Shown here: positions 42,643 through 50,412 of the stretch, one piece after another
Numbering within the stretch: the first letter of the stretch is position 1
Layout: each line of letters starts with the position of its first letter
Origin: a virus
Taxonomy: Duplodnaviria; Caudoviricetes
DNA: 50,412 bases
Virus record (IMG/VR): IMGVR_UViG_3300018043_000001
Location: 1 to 50,412 of that record
Reading direction: 5' to 3' (one strand)
Made by a program: the position numbers and the translations under genes
The notes under the pieces: generated by a model
Seen by the model: only the letters and a program-made list of their open reading frames with translations
What the model was told of the DNA's origin: nothing
The model's database searches: none

Positions 42643-44135
42643 CGCTGGCCCATCCTCGCTTCCAGGCGGCGCTGCAACAGCGTCTGGCCTGTCTCGACGC
42701 CCTGACGCACGGACTGGCGGTCACGCGGCACCTGGCCCTGAGGGATGCTCAGGCGCATCGAGGCGGGCGCTGCCAGGGACATGAGCACGGCGTCACCGCG
42801 GTCGGGGCTGCGGCCGATGCGCTTCTTGGTGTCTTCCTTCTTCTCCACAACTCTCCTGAGCTTCAAGTCGTAGGTGTAGGTCGGGGCGCAGAGATCCGCG
42901 GCCAACTGCTCGTCGCCGTCGAGGTCGAGGTCTTCGAGCTGCTCGGCGACCTCGAACCAGATCTCGCTGCGGCGGTTGGGGAACATCAGCGGGCGATGGG
43001 CCTTGGCGGCGCCGTTGAAGGGCTCCACGGGCACGCCCTGGGCTCTGAGGGCATCCGTGACGCCACCGCCCACACCCACGTCATCGACCACAACGCGGGG
43101 CTTGGAGCCGATCGCGTCGTAGTGGTGCTTGACCCTGCCCGCGGTGTGGATCGTGTCGTTGCCGACGTAGTGCTCCAGGATGCGAACGCGCTGGCCGTGG
43201 CGATGCACGATCACCGTCTCGTCGTCGCCGAAGCGTCCGACGTCGCAGCTGATCACGCTCTTGCCCTCGGGCTCGATCTCGCGAGCCTGCGCGGCTTCGA
43301 TCGCGGCGAGGCCGATCACGTTGTCCTCGCCGGCGTCGGAGAAGTCGCCTTTGACGCGCACCTGATAGATCGTGGACTTCTCGCCCCACTGCTTGCGCTT
43401 CTGCTCGGCCCAGCCGGCGTGAGGCATCGCGCGCGCCACCTCGGCCGGGACCTCTTCGCCGGTGTAGCTCGGGCTGTCGTAGACGCTGATGTGGATTTGG
43501 TTCCAGAGCGCTCGCTCGCTCGCGAAGGCGCGGTGGAACTGGCCGCCCACCCGCGTCGGGTTGCCGATCAGCAGCACCTTGGCGTGCTCGCTGGTCAAAA
43601 AGCCCTCGGCGGCGGTGAAGATGTCCTCCGCGACGCCGGACGCCTCATCGACCACGAGCAGCATGTGGCCCGTCGATGAGTGGTGGCCCTGCAGACGCTC
43701 GCTCTCGTTGGTGCTGATGCCGAGCGCGTACCACTCTTCGGTGATCGTCAGCTCGGCGTGCAGCGGCGTCGGCAGATCGAGCGCCTGCTGGCGGGCGTGA
43801 GCGCGGCGCACCTGAGCTCTGATTCCAGCCCAGAGGATCTTGACCACCTGCGTGTAGGTCGGGGCGGTCGTGATGACCCTGCTGTCGGTGTGCGTGGCGA
43901 GGAACCAGAGGACCGCCACGCCGGCCGCCGCGCTCTTGCCGATGCCGTGGCAGGAGCGCACCGCTGTGCGGTCGTTGTCGCGAACGCTTTCGAGGATCGC
44001 GCGCTGCTTGCTCCAGGGGAAGAACTGCAGCACGTCCAGCGCGTACCCAACCGGATCGGCAACGTAGGGATGCTTGGGCGGGTCGAATATGTCCGCGGCG
44101 ATCAGCCACGGGTTGGGCCGCGCTACCGCGCTCAC
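42639..44135 (-). CDS. terL: terminase large subunit
   Basis: Walker A SCHGIGKS, Walker B VVDEASGV, IGNP, nuclease DVGRFGDDETV and RSPDRGDA. Confidence 0.93.
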   Translation of the reverse strand: MSAVARPNPWLIAADIFDPPKHPYVADPVGYALDVLQFFPWSKQRAILESVRDNDRTAVRSCHGIGKSAAAGVAVLWFLATHTDSRVITTAPTYTQVVKILWAGIRAQVRRAHARQQALDLPTPLHAELTITEEWYALGISTNESERLQGHHSSTGHMLLVVDEASGVAEDIFTAAEGFLTSEHAKVLLIGNPTRVGGQFHRAFASERALWNQIHISVYDSPSYTGEEVPAEVARAMPHAGWAEQKRKQWGEKSTIYQVRVKGDFSDAGEDNVIGLAAIEAAQAREIEPEGKSVISCDVGRFGDDETVIVHRHGQRVRILEHYVGNDTIHTAGRVKHHYDAIGSKPRVVVDDVGVGGGVTDALRAQGVPVEPFNGAAKAHRPLMFPNRRSEIWFEVAEQLEDLDLDGDEQLAADLCAPTYTYDLKLRRVVEKKEDTKKRIGRSPDRGDAVLMSLAAPASMRLSIPQGQVPRDRQSVRQGVETGQTLLQRRLEARMGQR

Positions 44136-44138
44136 GGT

Positions 44139-44771
44139 CTACGCGGCCAGCAGGCGCAGATGCTTGGCGACGATCGCGGGCGTCTCGGGGCGCTTGTCCA
44201 CGCCCAGCTCTCGGAGGATGTCGCGGATCGTGGTGGCCAGCATCTGGCCCTGGCCTTCGGCGACCTTGACGAGCCTCTCTTCCAGCCCGCACTTGATCGC
44301 CGCGGCGCTGTAGTTCACGAGCCGGTCCATCGCCTGGTGGCGCACCTGGATCCAGACGTGCAGCTGGGGCATCTCGACTCGCGTCTCGGTGATCTGCGTG
44401 CCCTCGTCCTCCGCGCCCTTGGCGAGCTTCTTGGGGCGGTACAGCGTCGAGACGACGGCACCCACCTCGTCGCTCTCGTCCAGCTCGGCAATGCGGAAGG
44501 AGGCGTACTGCACCTCCCCCGCGGCGATCGAGATGCACTGCAGCAGAGCGTCGTGTGGCTCGATATCGAGCGGGATGCCCATGACCCTGCATTCGCGCTT
44601 GGCGAGCCAGGTGAGGCCGCTCTGAATGGCCAGGGGCGTGTTGCCGCCGTGGAGCTTGCAGCGGCCCACCCCGACGTGGTTGGTGCCCCAGCCGGATTGC
44701 TTGTCGCAGAGCTTGCCGCTCTTGGTCTTGGAGCCGCACTGGCCAAAGAAAACCGGCTCTGCGATCCTCAT
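44139..44771 (-). CDS. terS: terminase small subunit (HGGxSTG-like zinc-finger N-terminus)
   Basis: CGSKTKSGKLC...GWGTNHVGVGRCKLHGG; directly upstream of terL. Confidence 0.7.
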   Translation of the reverse strand: MRIAEPVFFGQCGSKTKSGKLCDKQSGWGTNHVGVGRCKLHGGNTPLAIQSGLTWLAKRECRVMGIPLDIEPHDALLQCISIAAGEVQYASFRIAELDESDEVGAVVSTLYRPKKLAKGAEDEGTQITETRVEMPQLHVWIQVRHQAMDRLVNYSAAAIKCGLEERLVKVAEGQGQMLATTIRDILRELGVDKRPETPAIVAKHLRLLAA

Positions 44772-44783
44772 GAGATCACCTCC

Positions 44784-45011
44784 CTAAAAAGTGGAGTACC
44801 AGGGGAACCCCGGTGTGTACGGCCCTACTCCACTCACCATCTCCACCGGGATCTGGAATGCCTCGCAGACGGCTCGCACGAGCTTGAACCGATCGCTACA
44901 GATGCAGTCGGCGTCGGCCAGCCCGCAGTCCTCGCAGACGGTGAGGGGCTCACCGCGGCCACGGCGAGCGCCGAGCAGCGGCTCGAACGGGTCAGCGGTG
45001 GTTGCGCACAT
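44784..45011 (-). CDS. small Cys-rich hypothetical protein
   Basis: CEDCG...CIC motif. Confidence 0.5.
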   Translation of the reverse strand: MCATTADPFEPLLGARRGRGEPLTVCEDCGLADADCICSDRFKLVRAVCEAFQIPVEMVSGVGPYTPGFPWYSTF

Positions 45012-45333
45012 ACAGCCGGCGTGCAGCACGGTTGAGCGGCTGGCCGTCCGGCCCCACGAGCCGCGGGGGCATCTTCTGCGCCTGCTGCTGCGCCTGGGCT
45101 TGGGCCATCAGCGCGGCCTGCATCTGGGCCTGGGCCTGAGCTTGACCGATCTGGCACCCGATCCAGTTGAGCGCGAGGTCGCGGACGTCGAGATCCTGGC
45201 CGAAGCCGATCTGCTTGGCGAGCGCGTCGGGCTTCATCTGGTCCCAGAGGTCCAGGGTGTCGAGCGTCTTCTCGACGTACTTCATCGCCCATAGGAGCGC
45301 GCGGCGCTCGCAGCTGTCCTGTACTCGTCTCAA
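44992..45333 (-). CDS. hypothetical protein
   Basis: Probable TTG start overlapping the upstream stop; Gln/Ala-rich; ends NRAARR. Confidence 0.55.
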   Translation of the reverse strand: MRRVQDSCERRALLWAMKYVEKTLDTLDLWDQMKPDALAKQIGFGQDLDVRDLALNWIGCQIGQAQAQAQMQAALMAQAQAQQQAQKMPPRLVGPDGQPLNRAARRLYVRNHR

Positions 45334-45680
45334 AAGGGTTCGTAGCTCCAATCGCCGTCGGCGTCGAAGGTGAAATCTACCGTGGTCATCGTGGGCGGAT
45401 CGTGGACTCGCACCTGCCAGCGATCGGCTGGGGAGGCCTTGTGCAGGATCGAGACGACACGCACATCCCACTTGCGGGCGAACACGTCCACGATGATGGG
45501 CATGAGCGCACGGTGGGCTTTGAGATGCAGGTGCGTCTGCACGGCGAACTGCGCCCAGCGAACGTGCGCGCGGGCGAGCGACACAGCCTCAGCGTGAGTG
45601 GGACCGGATGAATCGCCTCGCCCCGCGCCGAAGAGATCGTCGAAACGCTCATAGCGCTCAAAAGGGGGAAGGCCCGTCAA
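45330..45680 (-). CDS. hypothetical protein
   Basis: 116 aa ORF in a coupled gene string. Confidence 0.55.
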   Translation of the reverse strand: MTGLPPFERYERFDDLFGAGRGDSSGPTHAEAVSLARAHVRWAQFAVQTHLHLKAHRALMPIIVDVFARKWDVRVVSILHKASPADRWQVRVHDPPTMTTVDFTFDADGDWSYEPF

Positions 45681-45990
45681 GGCCGTGCTCGATTGCGGCG
45701 ATCAGCCCTGGGTCGGTCGGCATGCGGTGCTCGGCGAGCGCGGTGAGCATCTCCGCGCGCAGCTTCCCGTAGAAGCTGGTGAGGTGCCTCATGTCCGTGC
45801 GCAGGGCCAGGTTCTCGCGCTGGAGGTCGCCGATCGTGCTGGCGTCGCGAATCACGATCTCCGCGGCCTCCTCGTAGCGCTCGCGCAGGTCGGAGAGCTG
45901 ACGACGCAGGTCGGCAACCTGATGGATCAGCTCGCGCGGCGTGGGGCCGCGTCCGCCGCCGAGGAGCGCGGTGAAGGCGTCAGCAGGCAT
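45658..45990 (-). CDS. coiled-coil hypothetical protein
   Basis: 110 aa, heptad-rich. Confidence 0.6.
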   Translation of the reverse strand: MPADAFTALLGGGRGPTPRELIHQVADLRRQLSDLRERYEEAAEIVIRDASTIGDLQRENLALRTDMRHLTSFYGKLRAEMLTALAEHRMPTDPGLIAAIEHGLDGPSPF

Positions 45991-46699
45991 GCTGGCGCTC
46001 TACAGCCAGGAACACGTCGAAGGGGCGATAGCCGGTCTCCCGCTCGGGCACGACGTAGCCGTGCAGCTCGCGCTGGCGCTTCTCGCAGCGACCCGAGCGC
46101 TCGCACAGGTAGTAGCCGTGCCAGGGGCGAAAGCAGCGCTGGCCGCGACGGCCGCAGAGCAGGCAGCTCACGAAACCGCGCTGCTTGATCTCCATGCGCA
46201 TCGCGAGCCACTCGTCAGCGCCCGCGTAGCGCTTGCGCATCCGCGGGCTCGGGTCGCTCACTGGTCCGGCTTGCGTTTGAACCACATCCGGCAGTTCACG
46301 CACAGCCAACCCTTGCGAAGCCAGAGCCGGCACGGAATCGTGTTGTGCTTGCAGTGCATTGCGTAGGTCTCGCATCCGGAAGACGTCGTAGGGGAGGTAG
46401 AAGCCGGGCTCTCCGTCGATGATGGTGCCCGTCTGCTGATTCTGGCGAAAGCGGCAAGCGCTCACCCTGCTGCACACGAACATGCCCATCACCCACGGGT
46501 AGAACCAGCCTGTGCCCCGCCGGCCACAGATCGCGCACTCGACGACGCCGGAACGCCGCAGCTCATCGAGCACGGCGCGTCGCAACCGGGGGGCGTGGTA
46601 GGAGCGTTCAAACGCGGGGAAGCCCACGTCCATAGGCACGGGCAGCGCCGCTGGGGCGGCGGCACTAGGCGCTGGACGTGCCGATGATACCGCAGTCAC
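45980..46699 (-). CDS. protein with two tandem C4 zinc-finger-like repeats
   Basis: CAICGRRG..FYPW...C.R...C..RQ...Y.PYDVF and CLLCGRRG..FRPW...CER...C..RQ...YRPFDVF. Confidence 0.7.
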   Translation of the reverse strand: MTAVSSARPAPSAAAPAALPVPMDVGFPAFERSYHAPRLRRAVLDELRRSGVVECAICGRRGTGWFYPWVMGMFVCSRVSACRFRQNQQTGTIIDGEPGFYLPYDVFRMRDLRNALQAQHDSVPALASQGLAVRELPDVVQTQAGPVSDPSPRMRKRYAGADEWLAMRMEIKQRGFVSCLLCGRRGQRCFRPWHGYYLCERSGRCEKRQRELHGYVVPERETGYRPFDVFLAVERQHAC

Positions 46700-46704
46700 A
46701 GGGC

Positions 46705-46953
46705 TCAGAACGGAGGATCAAACGCGATCGCCTCGGGCTCAACCTCCTGCCTGTGGGAATGCTCCTGATCGCTGGGGAAGACATGCGCGAGCGCCGCGCG
46801 CAGGGCGTCGGGGTCGACCTCGACCGATGCCGAGCGTGTGCGCTGACCTGCCGAGGGGATCTCGATGCGCACGAGATTGCCCTCCGTGGCGCTTACTTCC
46901 ACCTCGATGGCGGTGCCGCCGCGCACGGCGGGGACTGCAACCTTGACCTTCAT
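46705..46953 (-). CDS. hypothetical protein
   Basis: GGAG RBS and ATG at 46953. Confidence 0.6.
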   Translation of the reverse strand: MKVKVAVPAVRGGTAIEVEVSATEGNLVRIEIPSAGQRTRSASVEVDPDALRAALAHVFPSDQEHSHRQEVEPEAIAFDPPF

Positions 46954-47010
46954 GTGTACTCCGTCTGTGGGATGGTTTGCGTGATTCATAGCACAAACGC
47001 AAGCGACATG

Positions 47011-47103
47011 CAGGCACCCAAGCGGGCGGCAGGCGCTCGCTTCACGAACGAGTCACCTTGGGCAGAAAGTAGGAGATCCGTTGACCGCCCGCTCGGGTGC
47101 CTG
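47011..47103 (-). ncRNA. candidate ~95-nt small RNA with 19-bp closing stem
   Basis: Minus strand CAGGCACCCGAGCGGGCGG/CCGCCCGCTTGGGTGCCTG (one G-U); starts just downstream of a promoter motif. Confidence 0.5.
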
Positions 47104-47120
47104 ATGGCAACAGCATGAAT

Positions 47121-47139
47121 CAATATATCACACATGCAA
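47121..47139 (-). promoter_or_regulatory. extended -10 promoter motif
   Basis: TTGCATGTGTGATATATTG, 17/19 identical to 3023-3041. Confidence 0.6.
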
Positions 47140-47823
47140 GCGTCTTGTGAGGTTGGCGAGCGCGCGTTCGAGCTTCTGTAGGTCACGATGCGCCTGGCGG
47201 GTGGTCTTACCGTCGACCGACAGTGCGTCACGCAGGTGAGCGATGGCGCTGTCGGCCTTGGCGATGTGCTCGATGGCGGCGATCTTGCGTCGCAGATCGT
47301 CGCGTGTGTGAGCCTCCTTCACATACGGGGCGAGGTCCTGGACGGAGATGGCCTCGGGCTCACCCTGCAGGCCGCGGGACAGATCAGAGGTGTAGTCATC
47401 AGAGGCGGTGTCGTCGAAGGGCCAGTGATGACGGCCGCCGGCGTCACGCTCGTAGGGCACGCGGCCGGGACCGGCGCTCAACAGGCGGGGGTTGTCGAAC
47501 AGCTCGCGGTGATCACCGAACACCCAGCTGATGCACCACACCTCCAGATCCTCGGCTACGAAGCCATGTACGGCCTCGTAGCGGGCGATCACGTCGGCGG
47601 CGAAGCGAGCGCCCTGCTTGCGCACGTCAGAGCCCGTGAGGGCTCCCAGGGGCTTGCGGAGCACCTCGCTTATCGTGATCTCGGCGACGGCCGCTCGGAA
47701 GGGACCGGGACAGACGCCGTAGCGCCGCCCGACCACCACCGGCGGCTTGGGCTGGTCGGGGCGCAGGCACTGCGACTTGCGCCTGGCCCTGATCAGCGCA
47801 ATCTCATCAGCCGCGAAGATCAC
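47128..47823 (-). CDS. ASCH-domain-like protein
   Basis: MIF.....LI....KSQ.LR...V.G..Y...I.I.EV....LG.LT..D...QG...VW.I.W pattern. Confidence 0.65.
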   Translation of the reverse strand: MIFAADEIALIRARRKSQCLRPDQPKPPVVVGRRYGVCPGPFRAAVAEITISEVLRKPLGALTGSDVRKQGARFAADVIARYEAVHGFVAEDLEVWCISWVFGDHRELFDNPRLLSAGPGRVPYERDAGGRHHWPFDDTASDDYTSDLSRGLQGEPEAISVQDLAPYVKEAHTRDDLRRKIAAIEHIAKADSAIAHLRDALSVDGKTTRQAHRDLQKLERALANLTRRLHV

Positions 47824-48080
47824 TGCTCCGCGGCGATCGGCACCCACTTGGACTCGGGCACCTGCGAGGGATGAGCGGCTTGCGGCCAGCGGCAGCGCAC
47901 ACAGCCGGGGTAGACCTTCGTGTTGCCGAAGGGCACGAAGGTGTGATCGAGCTTCGGCGACTGGCGCGGGTAGCTGTGGACGATCTCGATGACCCGCTTG
48001 ACAAGCGCCGCCTGCTCGATCGCCTCGCGCTTGACCTGCACGTCGCGGGCATAGTCCTCGGTGGATTGAACCTCAGTCAT
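47820..48080 (-). CDS. hypothetical protein with H-x-CxxC-x-H motif
   Basis: GAGGA RBS and ATG at 48080; HTF...CVRC...H. Confidence 0.55.
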   Translation of the reverse strand: MTEVQSTEDYARDVQVKREAIEQAALVKRVIEIVHSYPRQSPKLDHTFVPFGNTKVYPGCVRCRWPQAAHPSQVPESKWVPIAAEQ

Positions 48081-48229
48081 AGTCCTCGTAGGGGCTGTGG
48101 GCGACTCGGGGCGCCGGCTCAGGCGTCCGCTCGGGTAGTACAGCATCAAGCGTAGTTTGCATCTCGGGATGCTCGCGTGCCCACTTGCGGGCCTGCTCGA
48201 TCCGCTTCTCCTGCTCCTGTGTGCGAGGC

Positions 48230-48457
48230 TTAGTAGAGGGCCGCTCGGACAAAGCAATCCTTCGCTTCGAGCAGCTTGCGCAGGCCTGTGGTCACCTCGG
48301 CGCCGTGGGGCGAGGAGGCGAGGTCGTGCGCGAAGCGGTCGGCGAGGTCGCCGATCGCCTGCGAGATGGCCTTCGCGTTGGTGTTGGTCAGGTGGCTGCT
48401 GGAGAACCAATGCAGGACCGCTTCCTGCGCGGGGTGCAGCTCGGACTGAGGGGGCAT
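48230..48457 (-). CDS. small helical-hairpin protein, Acb2/Tad1-like sponge candidate (internal start)
   Basis: AGGAG-CAAC-ATG at 48457; WF...HL......IS.....LA......E.TTGLRKLLEAKDCFVRAA. Confidence 0.6.
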   Translation of the reverse strand: MPPQSELHPAQEAVLHWFSSSHLTNTNAKAISQAIGDLADRFAHDLASSPHGAEVTTGLRKLLEAKDCFVRAALY

Positions 48458-48871
48458 GTTGCTCCTGTTCGTTGTGGGTGTGTCCTCGGGGAAAGCTCGC
48501 GCGAGCCCGGAGACGAGCGAGCCGAAGCCGTGCGCGTTGGGCTGTACGGCATGCCAGCGCAGGCAGAACACCAGGCGCTTGCGCTGCACGGCGCTCAGCT
48601 GGAAGGCACAGGCCTCCTGGTTGACCTGGGCGAGGCGCAGCAGCCGCAGGGCGCGCTCAGGGCCGCAGCGGTACAGCGCGTGGATCAGCCAGTACAGGCG
48701 GATCCGCTCGTACTCGGGATCCTCGCGCTCGATCGCGTCAGCGAGCATCTTGGCGCCGTCGCGGGCGCCGCGGTCGCGGATCTGGCGTTTGAGATCTGAT
48801 GCTTTCAGACGTGCGGCGTTGGCCAGCTTGATCGCCTCCAGGCGTTGGTCTTTGAGGGTCAGGACGCTCAT
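48230..48871 (-). CDS. actinobacterial IHF (mIHF/sIHF)-like H2TH protein reading in frame into the hairpin protein
   Basis: LT..QRLEAI..ANAAR.....LKRQI...RL..LI.AL...GPERA..LL....V......LS..QRKRL matches the mIHF pattern; no stop before 48230. Confidence 0.65.
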   Translation of the reverse strand: MSVLTLKDQRLEAIKLANAARLKASDLKRQIRDRGARDGAKMLADAIEREDPEYERIRLYWLIHALYRCGPERALRLLRLAQVNQEACAFQLSAVQRKRLVFCLRWHAVQPNAHGFGSLVSGLARAFPEDTPTTNRSNMPPQSELHPAQEAVLHWFSSSHLTNTNAKAISQAIGDLADRFAHDLASSPHGAEVTTGLRKLLEAKDCFVRAALY

Positions 48872-49581
48872 CGGCGATCCGGCCCGGTCAGGACCACCTC
48901 GAACGTCATCCCGCGCAGGCGGCTGCAGGTGCGGGCATCGACGATCTGGTCCCAGTCCGATCTGGCCCAGTTGGACGCGATCAGGATGGGCTTCTCGGCA
49001 GCGTAGCGGCGGTCGATCAGCTCCGCCAGCTGCTCATGGCGCCAATCCGAACCGCGCTCGGCGCCGAAGTCGTCGAGCGCGAGGATCTCGATATTGACCG
49101 CGCGCTCCCAGGCCAGCCCGCACACGCCCACGTCATCGAAGCGCTGCAGCTCGCGCAGCCACGCGCGGATGTCCCAGAAGGCGACGTCCATGCCGCGCTG
49201 GTTGATCAGCCGTGAGCAGATCGCGGCGAGCAGGTGTGACTTGCCGCGGCCGGGAGCGCCGCAGATCGCCGGGGCGGGCAGCATGCAGTCGCCCTTGTCG
49301 TCAAACCAGTTCTTGACGCCGAACAGCGCATCCTTGTTGTGCTCGTCAGTGTCAAAGCGCCTGCCCAGAAAGCGGTCGGGGATCTTCGAGCTGACCCGGC
49401 GGCGCATCGCCGCGATGCGCGGATCGCACTGCGCCGCGGGGATTCCGAACTCGGCGCCGCAGCGCGCGCAGACGAACGTCCAGACGTCGCCCTCGGCGTC
49501 GATCAGCTCCATCTCACCGTTGCAGGGATCGTCCTGGTGCCCGCGCTGCTTCTGGATATCGCGGTGCCGGTGAGCCTTCAA
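48868..49581 (-). CDS. DnaC/IstB-like AAA+ ATPase (helicase loader)
   Basis: Walker A GAPGRGKSHL, Walker B LALDDFGAE, IDRRY, ILIASN, SRL; N-terminal Cys cluster. Confidence 0.85.
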   Translation of the reverse strand: MKAHRHRDIQKQRGHQDDPCNGEMELIDAEGDVWTFVCARCGAEFGIPAAQCDPRIAAMRRRVSSKIPDRFLGRRFDTDEHNKDALFGVKNWFDDKGDCMLPAPAICGAPGRGKSHLLAAICSRLINQRGMDVAFWDIRAWLRELQRFDDVGVCGLAWERAVNIEILALDDFGAERGSDWRHEQLAELIDRRYAAEKPILIASNWARSDWDQIVDARTCSRLRGMTFEVVLTGPDRR

Positions 49582-50063
49582 CGGACCGGCCTCCCATCCT
49601 CATCCCAGGCGCCCTGCCAGCCGTTGGCGGCCACCACGGACGGGCGGGACACAGAGCGCACGCGCCCGTTGCCGTTGCGGCTGGCGGGGCCTGAGGACTC
49701 CAGGAAGCGCCGGTAGCGCGCCACGATGTCGTTGCAGGGCACGTTCGCGCCGTTGCCGGCCACGAGCCAGTACTCGACCTCACGAGCGACCTTGACGTGA
49801 TCGCGGTCGGGGAAGGCGAGCAGCGCGAGGCCGATGCCGCGCACCTGCGGCTCTCTGCCGCCGCGCTGTGCCCAGATCGAGCAAAGCACCTCCCGCACCG
49901 GCGCGATGACGCTCACAAGCTCCGGAGAGAGCCCTGAGGGCACTGTCGTCTGGTCGGCGAGCTTGCTTCTGGCTCCCTGATAGCGGTAGGTGTTGGCGTG
50001 GCGCACGAGCAGCCCCGCTTCAAGCAGGACGCTGTGCGCCTGGGCCACCGTCAACTCGTCCAT
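49578..50063 (-). CDS. hypothetical protein upstream of helicase loader (possible replication initiator partner)
   Basis: AAGGAG RBS; 4-nt overlap with the ATPase gene. Confidence 0.6.
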   Translation of the reverse strand: MDELTVAQAHSVLLEAGLLVRHANTYRYQGARSKLADQTTVPSGLSPELVSVIAPVREVLCSIWAQRGGREPQVRGIGLALLAFPDRDHVKVAREVEYWLVAGNGANVPCNDIVARYRRFLESSGPASRNGNGRVRSVSRPSVVAANGWQGAWDEDGRPVR

Positions 50064-50111
50064 CTGTACTCCTTCGTGGGATCGTGGACGCGGGAAGATA
50101 ACAGATACGGA

Positions 50112-50412
50112 TTAGCCGTGTGCGCGCTCGCCGGTGTAGCGCGTATCGACGTCCTCGTAGGTGCCCATCTCGCGGATCATGTAGGGGTCGTTGCCCGGCC
50201 CGTGGCTGGGCGCGTACGGCCGCACGCCGCCGATCATGAAGAACTCACAGGCCTCGTGGCTCTCGACTTCGAGCAGGCGATCGAGCAGCCAGCGGCGCCA
50301 CGAGCGCGCGTCATAGGCGGCGGCCGGCACGATGAAGTAGTGCGCCACCCGGTAGGTCTCACCGCGCTCGGGATGGTAGGAGTCCAGGCCCTTTGTGGTG
50401 ACCACGAACGTG
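50112..50412 (-). CDS. conserved-looking actinophage hypothetical protein (5' truncated)
   Basis: HYFIVPAA.YD..SW.RWL......VE.HE.CEFF...G.RP.AP.HGPG.DPY. Confidence 0.6.
   Translation of the reverse strand, partial: TFVVTTKGLDSYHPERGETYRVAHYFIVPAAAYDARSWRRWLLDRLLEVESHEACEFFMIGGVRPYAPSHGPGNDPYMIREMGTYEDVDTRYTGERAHG

Overview
This is a high-GC fragment of a tailed phage or prophage with siphovirus-type architecture. The host is probably actinobacterial, inferred from an mIHF-like gene, DUF1360, and a capsid/tail set resembling cluster-B-like actinophages. Most of the window is one leftward (- strand) arm. From right to left it holds replication/early genes (DnaC/IstB-like ATPase, mIHF-like, ASCH-like), terminase small and large subunits, and a ~7 kb block of fibre/LamG/Ig-like virion genes. 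Next come an intein-containing portal fused to a MuF-like domain, the maturation protease, an antisense initiator-like tRNA(CAU), two capsid proteins, the tail tube and neck genes. These are followed by a -1 frameshift tail chaperone, a tape measure with two peptidoglycan hydrolase domains, Dit/minor tail/tail fibre genes and a multi-gene lysis/membrane cassette. The left end has short + strand genes, a ParB-like gene, a lipoprotein and an ~830 bp non-coding region containing a closed, multi-domain, ~410 nt structured element. That element is the best candidate for an undescribed system. No integrase, reverse transcriptase or CRISPR array is visible. All family assignments come from motif recognition by eye; no database search or folding program was run.
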